From Heptranchias perlo (taxonomy: Eukaryota), in the NCBI RefSeq assembly GCF_035084215.1, contig NC_090327.1, forward strand, positions 121,768,001 to 121,832,000: a stretch of DNA of 64,000 bases, written 5' to 3'. Shown piece by piece: positions 63,062-64,000 of this stretch (position 1 is its first letter; the number at the start of each line of letters is the position of its first letter). The notes beneath the pieces are model-generated. The model saw nothing but the letters and a program-made list of their open reading frames with translations. It was not told the DNA's origin and made no database searches. A program made the position numbers and the translations under genes.

Positions 63062-63520
63062 TATCGCGCCGCCCAGACCCGACACGTATCGCGCCGCCCA
63101 GACCCGACACGTATCGCGCCGCCCAGACCCGACACGTATCGCGCCGCCCAGACCCGACACGTATCGCGCCGCCCAGACCCGACACGTATCGCGCCGCCCA
63201 GACCCGACACGTATCGCGCCGCCCAGACCCGACACGTATCGCGCCGCCCAGACCCGACACGTATCGCGCCGCCCAGACCCGACACGTATCGCGCCGCCCA
63301 GACCCGACACGTATCGCGCCGCCCAGACCCGACACGTATCGCGCCGCCCAGACCCGACACGTATCGCGCCGCCCAGACCCGACACGTATCGCGCCGCCCA
63401 GACCCGACACGTATCGCGCCGCCCAGACCCGACACGTATCGCGCCGCCCAGACCCGACACGTATCGCGCCGCCCAGACCCGACACGTATCGCGCCGCCCA
63501 GACCCGACACGTATCGCGCC
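63062..63520. repeat. Perfect 25-bp CpG-rich tandem repeat, about 18 copies
   Basis: (gtatcgcgccgcccagacccgacac)n with identical units. Confidence 0.97.
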
Positions 63521-64000
63521 AGGTTCCACATGTACGCTGACAACAACTAGATCTACCTCACCATCACCCCTCTCGCCCCTCCAATGTCCCTCATTTGTCA
63601 TACTGCTTGTCAAACCTCTATTACTGAATGAGCAGAAATTTCCTCCAATTAAATATAGGCAAGACCAAAGCCATTGTCATCAATCCCTGCCATAAACTCC
63701 GTTCCCTAGCCATCGTCTCCATCCCTCTCCCTGGCCACCGTCTGAGGCTGAACCAGACTGTTCGCAACCATGGCATCTTATTTGACCCAGAGATGAGCTT
63801 CAGACCACATATCCGCTCCATCACAAGACCGCCTACTTCCACCTCCATAGTATCGCCTGTCTCCACCCCTGCCTCAGCTGATCTGCTGCTGAAACCCTCA
63901 TCCATCCCTTTGTTACCTCCAGAATCGACAATCCTAATGCTCTCCAGGCTGGCCTCCCACCTTGCACCTTGTAAACTTGAGCTCATCCAAAACTCTGCTG
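63521..64000 (+). mobile_element. L2-like LINE RT fragment
   Basis: ttccacatgtacgctgacaac (FHMYAD) and reverse-complement similarity to 17270-17745. Confidence 0.75.

Noticed and set aside
62969-63613. Arg/Gly-rich repetitive ORFs
   Set aside because: Translation of the 25-bp tandem repeat

Overview
Eukaryotic genomic DNA, most likely from a cartilaginous fish (inferred from the CR1, L2 and Tx1 LINEs and DeuSINE-type repeats). The window contains the 3' part of a germline T-cell receptor gamma (TRG) locus on the + strand. It has two intact V segments (leader exon, V exon, 23-bp-spacer RSS) at about 8.2-8.6 kb and 15.8-16.4 kb. A J cluster at about 24.45-26.85 kb holds three intact J segments (12-bp-spacer RSS, FGxG, splice donor) among about seven degenerate J relics. 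A three-exon C-gamma gene (Ig C1 domain, connecting peptide, TM/cytoplasmic exon) spans 28.1-32.2 kb and is followed by a poly(A) signal. Downstream, on the - strand, is the probable 3' end of STARD3NL, the usual tail-to-tail neighbour of TRG. The rest is retroelement debris (several copies with target-site duplications, one solo LTR) and large minisatellites that explain the long low-complexity ORFs. Most notable hypotheses: (1) an in-frame exon with stop and AATAAA between C exons 1 and 2 that could encode a secreted TCR-gamma chain; (2) STAT5 motifs ahead of the J segments and in a candidate 3' enhancer; (3) a splice-generated UAG-CAG-UUA readthrough context in the putative STARD3NL that would add a ...CSSV tail; (4) a cluster of decayed J segments. 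Coordinates were read by eye, and repeat boundaries are approximate.
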